From contig CAXHJY010001595.1 of NCBI GenBank assembly GCA_964016885.1, positions 1 to 64,000 on the forward strand: 64,000 nt of DNA, read 5' to 3'. A model generated the notes under the pieces. It had not been told where the DNA came from and searched no databases. It saw only the letters and a program-made list of their open reading frames with translations. Source of the DNA: Eledone cirrhosa (lineage: Eukaryota). Positions within the stretch are counted from its first letter, which is position 1. The number at the start of each line of letters is the position of its first letter. The translations under genes were made by a program, and so were the position numbers. Shown piece after piece: positions 11,812 to 26,400 of the stretch.

Positions 11812-11815
<4 letters not shown>
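11430..11815 (+). mobile_element. SINE-like repeat family 3 with (GAT)n tail
   Basis: ccagtccacactgtaaatgtggttggtgttagg..ggcatccag..cccatgctagcgtggaagatggacgttaaacgatgatg; other copies at ~12190-12335 (+), 58300-58620, 61970-62345 and 63210-63435 (-). Confidence 0.75.
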
Positions 11816-11839
<24 letters not shown>

Positions 11840-11848
<9 letters not shown>

Positions 11849-11945
11849 TATAGAATGTAGGTCTCTAAACTTCTTCCATCTCACGGAGCCGTTTCTTCTG
11901 CTGCTACCTAGATAGCAGAAACTATCAACCTCTTCTACTACACCT
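11840..11945 (-). mobile_element. RTE LINE RT fragment
   Basis: VEEVDSFCYLGS...WKKFRDL. Confidence 0.6.
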
Positions 11946-12580
11946 GTGCATATACAGTCTTCCCTTCTTGTTATTTTCAAAGTGTTTTCAATCAAAACTG
12001 GGCTAAAATTGTGACTAGCTTGTATTTGTTATAACTATATATAAATATATATAAATGAAAAGTATAGAAATTATTGTGAGCGTGAAGCCAACAGTATTTC
12101 ATAATATATAAGTGACTATAACGTCAAAATGGAAAAATAGTTAGAGTGAGAAATGAAATTTCGTTTCATTTTTTCCATTTATATATATATAGGAAGGGCA
12201 TCCAACTGTAGAAAACCTGCCAGACAGTCCTATGCGAGCAAGACAATCACTCTTGCCTCAAGTGGGACTACCCCCGTCCAAACCCATGCAAGCGTGGAAC
12301 ACGGACGTTAAACGTTGATGATGATGATGATGATGATATACATTTATATATATATATCCGTATGTAGTTGATGGGCGAGATAAAAGAGTACTCAATACAG
12401 AAGTAGAGTTGAAATATTTGTTTATAATGGTTAAATTGAGCACTTTCGTTTTGAATCCATAATCGAAAGAGATGTTTCAGTGGACAGCCAGTATTCAACT
12501 CCTCTGCTGTGGCCTAAGCCATTCTAGAGCATCATCTTTACCCTTGTATTGCTATGCCAGTCATTGGGTCTGCTCTCTCA

Positions 12581-13470
12581 CATCATCATCATTTAATGTC
12601 TATCTTTCACACTAGCATGGGTTAGATGGGAATTGTCCCACTTGGGGCAAAATTGCTCGGGTGACCGTGTCTCGCTCGTTTAGGACTGTATCTGGCAGGT
12701 TTTCTATAACTGGATGCCCTTCCTAACACCAATCACATTTACAGTGTGGACTGGGAGCCTTTTTACCGTGTCTCCTACACGACCACATTTACAGTGTGGA
12801 CTGGGAACCTTTTTGTCGCGACACCTACACGACCACTTTTACAGTGTGGACTGGGTGCTTTTTATCGTGACACCTACACAACCACTTTACAGTGTGGACT
12901 GGGTGCTTTTTGTCGTGACACCTACACGACCACTTTTACAGTGTGGACTGGGTGCTTTTTGTCGTGACACCTACACGACCACTTTTACAGTGTGGACTAG
13001 GTGCTTTTTGTCGTGACACCTACACGACCACTTTTACAGTGTGGACTGGGTGCTTTTTGTCGTGACACCTACACGACCACTTTTACAGTGTGGACTGGGT
13101 GCTTTTTGTCGTGACACCTACACGACCACTTTTACAGTGTGGACTGGGTGCTTTTTGTCGTGACACCTACACGACCACTTTTACAGTGTGGACTAGGTGC
13201 TTTTTGTCGTGACACCTACACAACCACTTTACAGTGTGGACTGGGTGCTTTTTGTTGTGACACCTACATGACCACTTTACAGTGTGGACTGGGTGCTTTT
13301 TGTCGTGACACCTACACAACCACTTTACAGTGTGGACTGGATGTTCTGTGGTACCAATACAACACTATAGAGAAAGGGTGGTGTTGGTGGGGGTGGAAGG
13401 ATGGAATAGGGATAGTGGGTTGGGGTGTATATTTGGTTAACAGGTGCCTACTGACTGTAGGTTTAACTTT
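12581..13470 (-). mobile_element. Family 3 repeat containing a 48-49 bp minisatellite (~12 copies, 12740-13340)
   Basis: Unit acagtgtggactgggtgctttttgtcgtgacacctacacgaccactttt; flanks match 11430-11815. Confidence 0.85.
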
Positions 13471-13570
13471 GTACATAGTGAAGGAGTGTCTTCTGTTTTA
13501 CTGCATAGTCCCGTCTTACTATTTCTGCCGATGGTTTTACCATTCTCATCTCCTTGATTACTTCTATATA

Positions 13571-14462
13571 TAATAATAATAATAATAATGAAATTATTGT
13601 GTACAGTGCTCAGGTGCACTACAACTCATCAAAGGTGCATGTATAGTACATAGAATAATGTTCAAATGTCAGGAAAATGAAGAGTGTACGAGTCATGAAA
13701 TATATGTGTATGGAGGGGGGAATATTAGGTGCGGTGTTGGCGAATCTCAGGAAGCATGGAAGTTTTAAAGGATGCAGTGTCTCAGCAGGTAGTTTGTTCC
13801 ATGGAGGTTTTAAAGGATGCAGTGTCTCAGCAGGTAACAACTGATGCAGGTAGTTCATTCCATGGAGGTTTTAAAGGATGCAGTGTCTCAGCAGGTAACA
13901 ACTGATGCAGGTAGTTCATTCCATGGAGGTTTTAAAGGATGCAGTGTCTCGGCAGCTAACAACTGATGCAAGTAGTTTGTTCCATGGAGGTTTTAAAGGA
14001 TGCAGTGTCTCGACAGCTAACAACTGATGCAGGTAGTTTGTTCCATGGAGGTTTTAAAGGAGGCAGTGTCTCGACAGCTAACAACTGATGCAGGTAGTTT
14101 GTTCCATGGAGGTTTTAAAGGATGCAGTGTCTCGACAGCTAACAACTGATGCAGGTAATTTGTTCCATGCTTCAGCAACTCTGAGCGCGAAAAAATATTT
14201 CCGAAAGTCATGGGAGCTGTGCTGTTTTCTGACTTTGTAGGCATGCCCACATGTATTATACACATGGAAATGAAAAAGATGCTCAGGGTTGTTGTTGACA
14301 AGATGGTTAATAATTTTGTGGGTGTTTACCAAGTCAGTTGTCAGACGTAAGAGCTTCAATGTATCCATGCCCAGGGAAGCAAGGAGTTCAGAGTATGGTA
14401 GATGCCTGATGGAGGGTATTCACTTGGTTGCACGTCTCTGAACAGTTTCCAGGAGGTCAATG
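13571..14462 (-). mobile_element. CR1-group LINE 3' end with (ATT)n tail and a 61-bp internal tandem array (13757-14170)
   Basis: LETVQRRATK..LPY..L..LGMDTL..RL..DL...RVAEAWNKLP..SFK; unexpanded copy at 50420-50782. Confidence 0.88.
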
Positions 14463-14871
14463 TATATATAGAATCCAGAGATGTTCACACATACACGAAA
14501 GCTAAATTTATATATACATACTTTCCATTTTCAAAAGAAATGTAACTAAATACTTTTATATTTAGCTCTAAGAAATCAAACCTTTGTATACGAGACCTGC
14601 TAAGAAACGGAACTAAAACCATCTCTACACAGGAAGCAGTTACTTCCACCATCTTCAAAGAAAGGTAAATAAACTGTGAAATAAAAGAATAAATCAAACT
14701 TCTTCTTTGTTGCTTTATTATTTTGTTCATCTCCCTGATTGTATAGATGTAGGATCTAGAGATGTACACCCACTCACAAAGCTACATTTATATATACTAT
14801 TCATTTTCAAAAGAAATAAAACTATATGTAGCTCTAAGGAAATGAACCTTTATATATATATATATATATAT

Positions 14872-15211
14872 GGAGGCACATGGCTTAGTGGTTAGAGCAT
14901 TGGCCTTGCAATCGAAAGGTTGTGAGTTCAATTCTCAGACCGGGTGATGTGTTGTTTCCTTGAGCAAGACACTTTATTTCACATTGCTCCAGTTTACTCA
15001 GCTGTAGAAATGAGATGATAGGGACCGGGTTCCCTATCATTCCACTGCAAAGTGGACGTGTAGGCGCCACGGCAAAAAAGCACCCGGCACTCACTGTAAA
15101 TGAGGTTGGTGTTAGGAAGGGCATCCAGCTGTAGAAATCAAGCCAAAATCAGTTCCCGTCCCACCCTTGCAAGCAGGGAAAAGCGGACATAAAATGAAAT
15201 GAAAAATGAAA

Positions 15212-15213
<2 letters not shown>
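14872..15213 (+). mobile_element. SINE family 1
   Basis: Full-length match to 6939-7277. Confidence 0.88.
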
Positions 15214-15246
<33 letters not shown>

Positions 15247-17438
15247 ACATATTTTCTTCCTTCTTACTCTAGAAGACATCTCTTTTATAACTATAGCTTC
15301 TCTCAATACACACACAGTTGCATTTTATTATATATATATATATATATAGCTTCTCTATATACATACTTTCCTCTAAGAAACATAATTCAGTAGCTAGAGA
15401 CAAACACAAAGATACATACATACTTCTCTCTCTCTCTCTTTATATATAGACCTGTTTCATTTGAAATGTGTCTAAAGAAAAGAGACCAAGAATGTAGATG
15501 AAGTGTCAAAATAAGTTTCTACATTCTTAGTGAATCTACTACACACATGCACACACACACTCATATCAGAAGAGGTTAGATGAGTCGCAGCTAATTGCAC
15601 CTAGTACCCTGAGTAAGAGATTTGGCTGCTATTTCTAACAGGTTTAGAGACTACTATCTTCCAAACATTTTCGTTTTACACCCCTCACTCTGTACTCGAT
15701 TTCAAATTACTGGGTGTCTGTGGAAGCTGGGGTAAACTGAAATATCTCCACTGGTAACTTAATTAATGTTACACCAGTATTCCTCAAGCATAAACTATTT
15801 GACATTTGTTTGTAAGAGGTCCTGGTTTTTATGCCTTCTTAAATAGAGTATATATACACACACAATACTTACATGCATATACATAAATTAATGGTTTACT
15901 CTGTACAAAGGGATTAAGTTGTTTTTTTTATCATTATTTCGGATTTTATATGAAAACATATTGTAGTTATACACACATTGAATTTAAGTATTCATTATTC
16001 AATTTTACATACACATACATTATATATATGTTAGTTCCGTGGGTAACTACAGTTACTAGTGATAGACGCCCAGCATCCGATGATGTTGCATTGTCCGTCT
16101 TGTGTTGAGTCCTGTTCCAGAGTTGAGGCAGCTGTAGAGTGTGAATAAAAGTAAGATCGAAGACACTGTTGTAGTATATATATATATAAACTTTATTGGC
16201 ATATTACAATTGTTTTAATATCAATAAAGTCAGGGTACAATCATAATATATATAGATGTATGTATATATATTCTTAACATAACACAGGATTGCATCTTAT
16301 TTACTCATCTCATGTCACCTCCTCCACTAACATACTCCTGACAAACTCCTCTTTTATCACCAAAGGGTCCAACTCCACATTTATCACTATGTCCAGTCCT
16401 TCCTGTCCAGAATGTCGTTTATATTTTTCTATAAAAAGTAGGTTTCCAACAGTTTAAGTATGTGGAACTCCTTTTATGTCTTTCTATTAAAAATGACCCC
16501 CCATTCCTTGTGGGTGTATTTGTGTACAAATTATATTAAGGGGTTTCTGTACATTAAAAAACAATAAAAATGACCCCTAGATTTAACAAGATTTCATATT
16601 AACAGACACACTTCCTCCTCATAGCAATTTAAATTGTAGGTTTACTATCCAGTGCCTTTATGTGTATTTGTCTTACCTCTAATAAAGTTTTAAATGGTTT
16701 GACTACATGTCCAAATAACGTTCCTGTATGGGCTGAGAATTAAAAAAATACTGTTATGAATTGATTTGAAAGCCAGCCACGGTATTCCCTAGCTCCATGT
16801 ATTACCACTGGGCCATAGAGACTTCAACAGTTATTTGGTAAAAAAAAAAATAATAATAATATAATAATAATATATATATATACATTTTCGATTTCATCTT
16901 TTTTTCTTTATACTTTCACTCGTGTAGGACACCTCGGTTATTTTTCATTTTGTTAAAAAAAACCTCATTTTCTAATATATATATATATCCATTAAGTATT
17001 TCGTCAATATATATATAAACTTATTTTCAGGCTAATAATAAAATAACTTTAAATTTGTTAATTTTCGCTCAGTATTTGTTGGTCTGTAGGTGGCTGCGTG
17101 GGTAGTTGTGATGTATCTATGCATCCATTAAGTATAGATGGGAGGTAGGGTTTCAATCTCCTTTATCTAAATTTAAAATATTTTACTTTTTTAAATTAAT
17201 GGTCTCTATTATCTTCTGGGGACAGATTCATCACAAAGCCATATTTTTAGTTCCCCCCTCCACTCGAACATTCACTACCTAGTTACACTACCACTTTACC
17301 ATACACCCACTAAGCAGCCATACTTCTACTGTACAAATTTAATATATAATTGAAAAAATATACTGTTTCACTATTTCATAAGCTCTGGCAGGTATTAAAA
17401 CTTCATATATCGATTCATCTTAATCTCACGTCAAACAA

Positions 17439-17482
<44 letters not shown>

Positions 17483-18962
17483 TAAAAATTATTTTTTTGA
17501 TAATTTTTCACTGACATAATACATTGATAGGATTTCCATTCTCAGAAATATCCCCACTAGAGATGTTTCTTTATTATTTTCTTCGAAATTAGTTTTAATT
17601 TTATAATATATATATATATATATATATTTCCTGGCAGATATCAAAGTCCCATTTAAATACATTATATTTGACTTGGGTGAAATTAAACAAAAATAATAAT
17701 CATATTTTATAATTTTTTTATTTTCCAGTGCAAAAAAGGGACATTCAAACCGGGGTGACCCCCCCCCCCCTTCTGCTCTAAAAACTGCTGATTCTTTTTT
17801 CCAGGGAGAAAGAAAAAGAGATTTTGTTTTCTCTTCAAACGTTATAATTTTGCACTTGACTTATAATTCCTTTTTCTTCTCTTTAGGTTGAATAAAGCTC
17901 AACATAACTCGTGTTAGTCTTCAGTCAAGGACCTGTTTTTACTATATCTGCTTCAAGCTGTTATGGGTGGGGTGAGGAAGTAGAACCCAAAGTAAAATGT
18001 CCAGTTAAGGGTTCGCTCCGTAGAAAGTGTCAAAAGAAGGGACACTGATATAAGGTTTGTAGGTATACGCAACCTAACAAATGGATTTTAAAGTTATCGG
18101 CAATTAAATATAACTTAAAAATAAGCAATATTGAAGACAATTCTGACCAAGATTAGACAAGTCTTACTTCCATATTAGCATCTGTCAATTTAGTAGATCA
18201 CCTAACAACTTTGTTTATTAATAATCACAAAACAAAGCCACTTATTGACACTAGACCAGAGAAAACATTCATTTAACAAGAATTACTACAACGATGGGGT
18301 GAGAAGATCATGGTATCTAAATCAGAACATTTCTTTAACAAAGACAAGCGTGTTAAAAGTAGAAGCGATATTCACAGTGCATAGAAGGTATACTAGAGCC
18401 ACAAACATTTATATATATAGGTCTCACGTTTCTTTAACAATAACAAGCTGATTTAAGTAGAAGGGACATTCATAGTGTATAGAACTTGGAAATAACTTCT
18501 ATGAAATATATTTTCTGGTGGCTAAGAACTTAGCAGCTCCAGTTAGAATTGTGTTACACAAATTCAGTATTTTTCTATCGAAATTAAACTTAAAGGTATA
18601 CTAAAGCCACAAATGTTTTTCTATATATGTCTCACCTAAAGTAAAAAACGTACGAATTATTACAAGGAGTGTAAACATGAAATAAAGCTAATAAATGTAC
18701 TGCCAAGAAGGCGACCTAAGATTTGCACTTCACTTAAGAAGAAATTAAACTTATGCTTACATCGACAACATAATGAAGGTTGGAAAGGATATCCACTGAA
18801 CCTGACGAATCTACAACTAGAGGTGGAAGACAATAGAAACGACCATCCTACCTGAAATATTATGTTATGATATGAAATATATTTCTTTTACTCTCGTGTT
18901 TTTGTTTGAAACGTTTGAATCTGAATAAAGTGGAGAAAACTATTATATACTGTTGTTATATC

Positions 18963-19148
18963 ACGGTGAATTGGCAGTATCGGTAGAGAGTTGGACGCCA
19001 TGCTTTGACGCATAGAGTTACTGCCCTTGCCATTCTGAGTTCAAATCCCGCCGAGGTTAACTTTGCCTTTCATCCTTACGGGGTCGATAAAATAAAGTAC
19101 CAGTAATGTACTGGGTAATTGCTGGCCTTGTGCTAAAAGTAGAAACAA
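18963..19148 (+). mobile_element. SINE family 2
   Basis: Matches 8361-8549; absent at the paralogous site ~25790-25810. Confidence 0.85.
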
Positions 19149-19560
19149 TTATACTTTAGCTTTAACTTGACTTATTATTCCTATCTCTTCTCATTAGAAA
19201 GAATCCAAGATTAATAATGAAATCCTATATGTGTATAAATACAATGTATGTAAGTGTGTGTGAAAGTATATAGTAATAATATGCATGTTGACAACATGTT
19301 GTATAAACAAAGCAAGTCAATCTACAGTTATACACGAAGACGGACGGCATAAAAACTGTTACCTCTTACAACGAATGCCAAAGACATTATGTTTTGTAAT
19401 TACCGGTGCAACTATTTCAGTTTACCCTTTTATAAATTCACTCCAGTCATTTCAAACGAGTTCAGAGTACCGGGAATAATAAAAAATAAACCGTTCGCCG
19501 AAGTTTCTCAATCTGCTAAAAATAGCAGCCAAATCTGCTCTAAGGTGTAATAAACCGTGA

Positions 19561-19646
<86 letters not shown>

Positions 19647-19652
19647 TATGTT

Positions 19653-19690
<38 letters not shown>

Positions 19691-20099
19691 TACACAAATA
19701 TATTAGTGTATATATATTGGAATGTATATAAATATACTGTATATTAGTCCATATATTCCTAGACCACCTACAAAGAACGAAAAACCGCAAATATTGCACT
19801 TGGTCCTTTAAAATGCCGCTAGTAGTCACAATGTAACGTAAAAAATAAAATTAAAAAATATAGGGACCATCTTATACGAAGGGACGTCGAATAGGCCGGC
19901 AAATTTGGTATATTGTTATTAATATAGCGTTAAAAATATATATTGAGACGAAGAAGGCCATAAAACAAATTGCGGAAGATATTCACGATTCCGCGAATAT
20001 GCGGTTGTTTCAACAAATAATTATTAGTTAGGGGTCTAAGGAAAATGCCGGGGGTACACTGTACATATATAGTGAGAGAGAGAGAGTGAGAGCAAGAAA

Positions 20100-20502
20100 T
20101 AGCTTTGACTGCTATTTCTAGCATAAAAAACAGAAACCGGAAGTGGAGAAAATTGAAAAACTTCTTTTTCCTCCTCTAACTTTTCAAACAAAAGAAAATT
20201 TTATGTAAACAAGAACGAAATTTTTCGCAAGAAAGATAACTCTTCCCTGACTTAAATCCAAAATTGGGGTACAAAAAAATTGCGGGTGTGTAGTTTAGAT
20301 ACACTCTTGTTATTACTAGCTAGTCCTTCTTATCTTGCGGCCTTTGACTGCTATTTCTAGCAAGCCCTTCCTTTTTTTTGTTGTTCTCTGGGCTTTGGCT
20401 GCTATTTATAATAAATTTCCTTCATTTTATTCACATTTTATGGTATATAGCTGCTATTTCTAGCATGTCCTTTCTTTTTCTGTGGTTCTCTATATATGTA
20501 TG

Positions 20503-20562
<60 letters not shown>

Positions 20563-20937
20563 AGTGTGTGTATAGATACCTGTGTTTATATATATATATA
20601 TGCATTACATACGTGCATATATATATGTTTATTCATAGATGCATGCAGAACATCAGAAAACGGAAGGACATGCTAGAAATAGCAGTCAAAGGCCGCAAGA
20701 TAAGAAGGACTAGCTCGTAATAACAAGTGTGTATCTAAACTGCACACCCGCAATTTTTTTGTACCCCAATTTTGGATTTAAGTCAGGGAAGAGTTATCTT
20801 TCTTGCGAAAAATTTCGTTTTTGTTTACATAAAATTTTCTTTTGTTTGAAAAGTTAGAGGAGGAAAAAGAAGAAGTTTTTCAATTTTCTCCACTTCCTGT
20901 TTTTGTTTTTTTATGCTAGAAATAGCAGTCAAAGCAG
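20100..20937. repeat. Foldback centred on a TA/TG tract, rich in the TGCTATTTCTAGCA motif
   Basis: 20100-20365 is inverted to ~20665-20935; same structure at 26945-27822 and 35495-36410. Confidence 0.8.
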
Positions 20938-21279
20938 TATATATACCGTGTATCCGGGCATTTGCAGTCCCGGTTTTTCGCGGAATCTTCCATAGAACCT
21001 AATTAATAATTGTTCGTGGAAATCACCGTATATTTGCGGAGTCGTAAAGATCTTATGCGATGTTTTAATGTTTTTTTTCGTGGCAATTTATATTTTTAAC
21101 GCTAAATTATTAAAAACAATATACCGTATTTGCCGGTCTATTGGACGCACCTTCGCATAAGACGATCCCTCTATTTTTATTAAATTTTACGTCCTATTTT
21201 GGACTGACATGTAATATATTTATACGTATATTTATATACATACCAATATATATATATATATATGTACTAATATATATAT

Positions 21280-21385
<106 letters not shown>

Positions 21386-23457
21386 ATTCATATATATATA
21401 AATAGATAGATATAGATATATTAATGTACATACATATACACACATATCTGTCTATCAATATCTATGTATATATATGTATGAGTCACAGTTTATTACACTT
21501 TGGAGCCAGAGTGAGAGATCTGGCTGCTATTTTTAGCAGATTTAGAAACTTCGGCAAATGGTTTACTTTTTATTATACCCGGTACTCTGAACAGGTTTGA
21601 AATGACTGGATTGAGTTTATAAAAGGGTAAACTGAAATAGTTGCACCGGTAATTCCAAAACATTATGTCTTTGGCTTTTGTTGTAAGAGGTAACATATTT
21701 TATGCCGTCTGTCTTAGTTTATAACTGTAGATTAACTTCCTTTGTTTATACAACATGTTGTCAACATGCATATTATTACTATATACTTTCACACACACTT
21801 ACATTTATACACATATAGGATTTCATTATTAATCCTGCATTCTTTCTAATGAGAAGAGATAGAAATAATAAGTCAAGTTAAAGCTAAAGTATAATGATAT
21901 AACAAGAGTATATAATACTTTTCTCCACTTTATTCAGATTCAAACAAAAAACACGAGAGTAAAAGAAATATATTTAATATCATAATATAATATTTCAGGT
22001 AGGATGGTCGTTTCTGTTGTCTTCCGCCAGTAGTTGTAGATTCGTCATGTTCAGTGAATGTCCTTTCCAGCGGTAATTATGTCTTCGATGTAATCATAAG
22101 TTTAATTTCTTCTTAAGTGAAGTGCAAATCTTAGGTTGCCTTCTTGGTGGAACATTTATTAGCTTTATTTCATGTTTACACTCCTTGTAATAAATCGTAA
22201 TTTTTTAAACTTTAGTTGAGATTTATATAGACAAATATTTGTGGCTTTAGTATACCTTTAAGTTTAATTTCGATAGAAAAATACTGAATTTGTGTAACAC
22301 AATTCTAACCGGAGCTGCTAAGTTCTTAGCCACTAGAAAATCTATTTGATAGAAGTTATTTATAAGTTCTATACACTATGTGAATATCCTTTCTACTTTT
22401 AATAAGCTTATGTTTGTTAAATAAACGTTCTCTGATCTTCTCGCACCATCGTTGTAATAATTCTTGTTAAATGTATGTTTTGTCTAGTCTAGTGTCAATA
22501 AGTGGCCTTGTTTTGTGATTATTAATAAGCAAAGTTGTTAAGTGATCGACTGAATTGACAGATGCTAATATGGAAGTAAGACTTGTCTAATCTTGGTCAG
22601 AATTGTCTTTATTGTTGATTATTTTAAAGTTATATTTAATTGCCGATAACTTTGAAATCTATTTGTTAGGTTGCTTAGACCTACAAACCTTATATCAGTG
22701 TCCCTTCTTTTGACACTTTCTACGGAGTGAACCCTTAACTGGACATTTTATTTTGGTTTCTACTCCCCCACCTCACCTATAACAGCTTGAAGCAGATATA
22801 GTAAAAACAGATCCTTGACTGTTTAGATTGACATGAGCTATGTTGAACTCTAATTGTAGACGTAAAATGTTGAGGTTTATTCAATCTAAAGAGAAGAAAA
22901 AGGAATTATAAGTCATGTGCAAAATTAACGTTTAAAGACATAAAAAAAAGTATCTCTATTTCTCTATAGGAGAAAAAATCGGCTGTTTTTAGACCAGGGG
23001 GAGGGGAGGATTGACTCAGTCGGGTTTAAATGCCCATATGGTGGTAATTACGGCATCCCCAATACAATAGTTAAGTGTCTATGAAACCCACGCATTTCTG
23101 AGACTGAAAACCTTACTAATGTATTTTTATTTTGATTTTGATACTGGAAAATAAAATTTTTAAAATATTAATATTTTTTAATTCACGAGTCAGGAACGAA
23201 AATTATTCGATCTTTCTTCGAGCTGATCAGCATTGAAACATGTGTAATATGTATATGATATATTTAAATGAATCTATAGATGGGATTTCGAAACCTGCCA
23301 GGAATTAGGAAATCGTAAAATATATATTTCTTTTTATTTAAAACTAATTTTCAAAGTAATAATAAAGAGATACAAGACACATCTCTAGTGAGGATATTTC
23401 TGAGATTGGAAACCATATCGATGTATTTTGTCACTGAAAAATTATTTAAAAAATAAT

Positions 23458-23491
<34 letters not shown>

Positions 23492-26400
23492 ATATATATG
23501 TGTGTGTGTGTTTGACGTAAATGAAATTAAAATAAATCTATATATGGGGTTTCGATACCTGCCAGAGCTTATGAAATACTACAATGATATTTTTTCGTGC
23601 TTTCAACTATTCCAGATACCTTATGTGGGTCTTTATAAAAGAAATGATAAAATAGATTTAAATATATTAAATTTGCACAGCAGAATTATGACCGCTTGGT
23701 GGTCGTCTGGTATCGTAGTTAGTGGTTGTCTGGTATCGTAGTTAGTGGTCGTCTGGTATCGTAGTTAGTGGTTGTGTAGCTAAGTACTGATGGTTCGAGC
23801 GGAGTGCGAACTAAAAAGGGGGTCCCGAGATCAGAAACATTATTTTAATTTTAAAATAAAATTATTTTAGACAAAGGAGATCGAAACCCTACCTTTAATC
23901 TAACATACCTAAACTCTGCATAGATACACCACAACTACCCACACGGACACCTACAGATCGACAAAAGCGAACTGAAAATTAACACACTTAAAGCTATTTT
24001 ACTATTAGACTGGAAATAGGTTTATATATATAAATATTGACCAAAGTATTGTGTCAGTCTTTGTAGTCCAGTGGTAAGACATAGAGCGAGGGAATGCCGT
24101 GGTTGGCTTTCGAATCAACTTATTATAATTTCATTTTTTTTATTTTCAGGCTGTAGAGGAACTTACTTCATTTCAACACGTAGTCATACCATTTAAAACT
24201 TTATTTTCTCTCTCCCTAGACATAGGACAATCGGCAAATAAACTTGTTTCATTTCAACACATATTCATACTGTTTAAAACTATGTTTTTCTCTCGCTAGA
24301 GCTATATATATATATATATACATTATATTTTTTATAATTTTTCAGTGGCAAAATACATCGATATGGTTTCCAATCTCAGAAATATCCTCACTAGAGATGT
24401 GTCTTGTGTCTCTTTATTATTTCTTTGAAAAGTAGATTTAAAAAAATATATATATATATTCCACTATTTCCTAATTCCTGGCAGATTTCGAAATCCCATC
24501 TATAGATTCATTTAAATATATCATATATATATTTAATTACATATGTTCCAATGCGGATCAGCTCGAAGAAGGATCGAATAATGTTCGTTCCTGACTCGTG
24601 AATTAAAAAAAATTAATATTCAAAAAAATTTTATTTTCCAGTACCAAAATAAAAATACATAAGTAAGGTTTTCAGTCTCAGGAATGCGTGGGTTTCATAG
24701 ACACTTAACTATTGTAGTAGGGATTCCGTAATTACCACCATGTGGGCATTTAAACCCGACTGAGTCAATCCTCCCTCCTCCTGGTCTAAAAACAGCCGAT
24801 TTTAAACGTTAATTTTGTCTTTAAACGTTAATTTTGCACTTGAATTATGATTCCTTTTTCTTCTCTTTAGATTGAATAAACCTCAACATAACTCATGTCA
24901 ATCTAAACAGTCAGGGACATATTACTATATCTGTGGCAAGCTGTTGTGGGTGAGGTGGGGGAGTAGAAACAAAAATAAAATGTCCAGTTAAGGATTCATT
25001 CCGTAGAAAGTGCCAAAAGAAGGGACACTGATATAAGGTTTATAGGTCTAAGTAACCTAACAAATAGATTTCAAAGTTATCAGCAATTAAACAAAACTTA
25101 AAAACAAGCAATAATGAAGACAATTATTCCTTCCATATTAGCATCTGTCAATTCAGTAGATCACTTAACTTTGTTTATTAATAATCACAAAACAAGGCCA
25201 CTTATTGACACTAGACCAGACAAAACATTCATTTAACAAGAATGACACGAGAAGATCAGAGAACGTTTATTTAACAAACATAAACTTATTAAAAGTAGAA
25301 GGAATATTCAGAGTGTATAGAACTTGGAAATAACTTCTATCAAATAGATTTTCTAGTGGCTAAGAACTTAGCAGCTCCGGTTAGAATTGTGTTACACAAA
25401 TTCAGTATTTTTCTATCGAAATTAAACTTAAAGGTATACTAAAGCCACAAATGTTTTTCTATATATGTCTCACCTAAAGTAAAAAACGTACGAATTATTC
25501 CAAGCAGTGTAAAGATGAATTAAAGCTAATAAATGTACAACTAAGAAGGCTACCTAAGGATTTGCACTTCACTTAAGAAATTAAACTTATGCTTATATCC
25601 ACAACCTAATTAAAGCTGGAAAGGATATTCACTGAACCTGACGAATCTACAAGTACAGGAGGAAGACAACAGAAACGACCATCCTACCTGAAATATTATG
25701 TTATGATATTAAATATATTTCTTTTAAATATCATGTTTTTTTTCTTTAAAACGAATCTGAATAAAGTGGAGAAAAGTATTATATACTGTTGTTATATCAT
25801 TATACTTTAGCTTTAACTTGACTTATTATTTCTATCTCTTCTCATTAGAAAGAATCGAAGATGAATAATGAAATCCTATATGTGTATAAATATAATGTAT
25901 GTAAGTGTGTGTGAAATTATATAGTAATAATATGCATGTTGACAACATGTTATATAAACAAAGGAAGTTAATCTACAGTTATACACGAAGACAGACGGCA
26001 TAAAAACTGTTACCTCTTACAACGAATGCCAAAGACATTATGTTTTGTAATTACCGGTGTAACTCTAATTATATTACCGGTGCAACTATTTCAGTTTACC
26101 CTTTTATAAACTCACTCCAGTCATTTCAAACGAGTTCAGAGTACCGGGAATAAGAAAAAATAAACCGTTTACCGAAGTTTCTAAATCTGCTAAAAGATAG
26201 CAGCCAGATCTCTCACTCTGGCTCCAAAGTGTAATAAACCGTGACTTATATAGATAGACAGATATATATATGGATAGATAGATATAGATAGACAGATATG
26301 TGTGTGTGGATATATAAATATGTATGTACATGTATGTCTATATATATATATATATATATATTGGTATGTATGTAAATATTCGTATAAATATATTACATGT

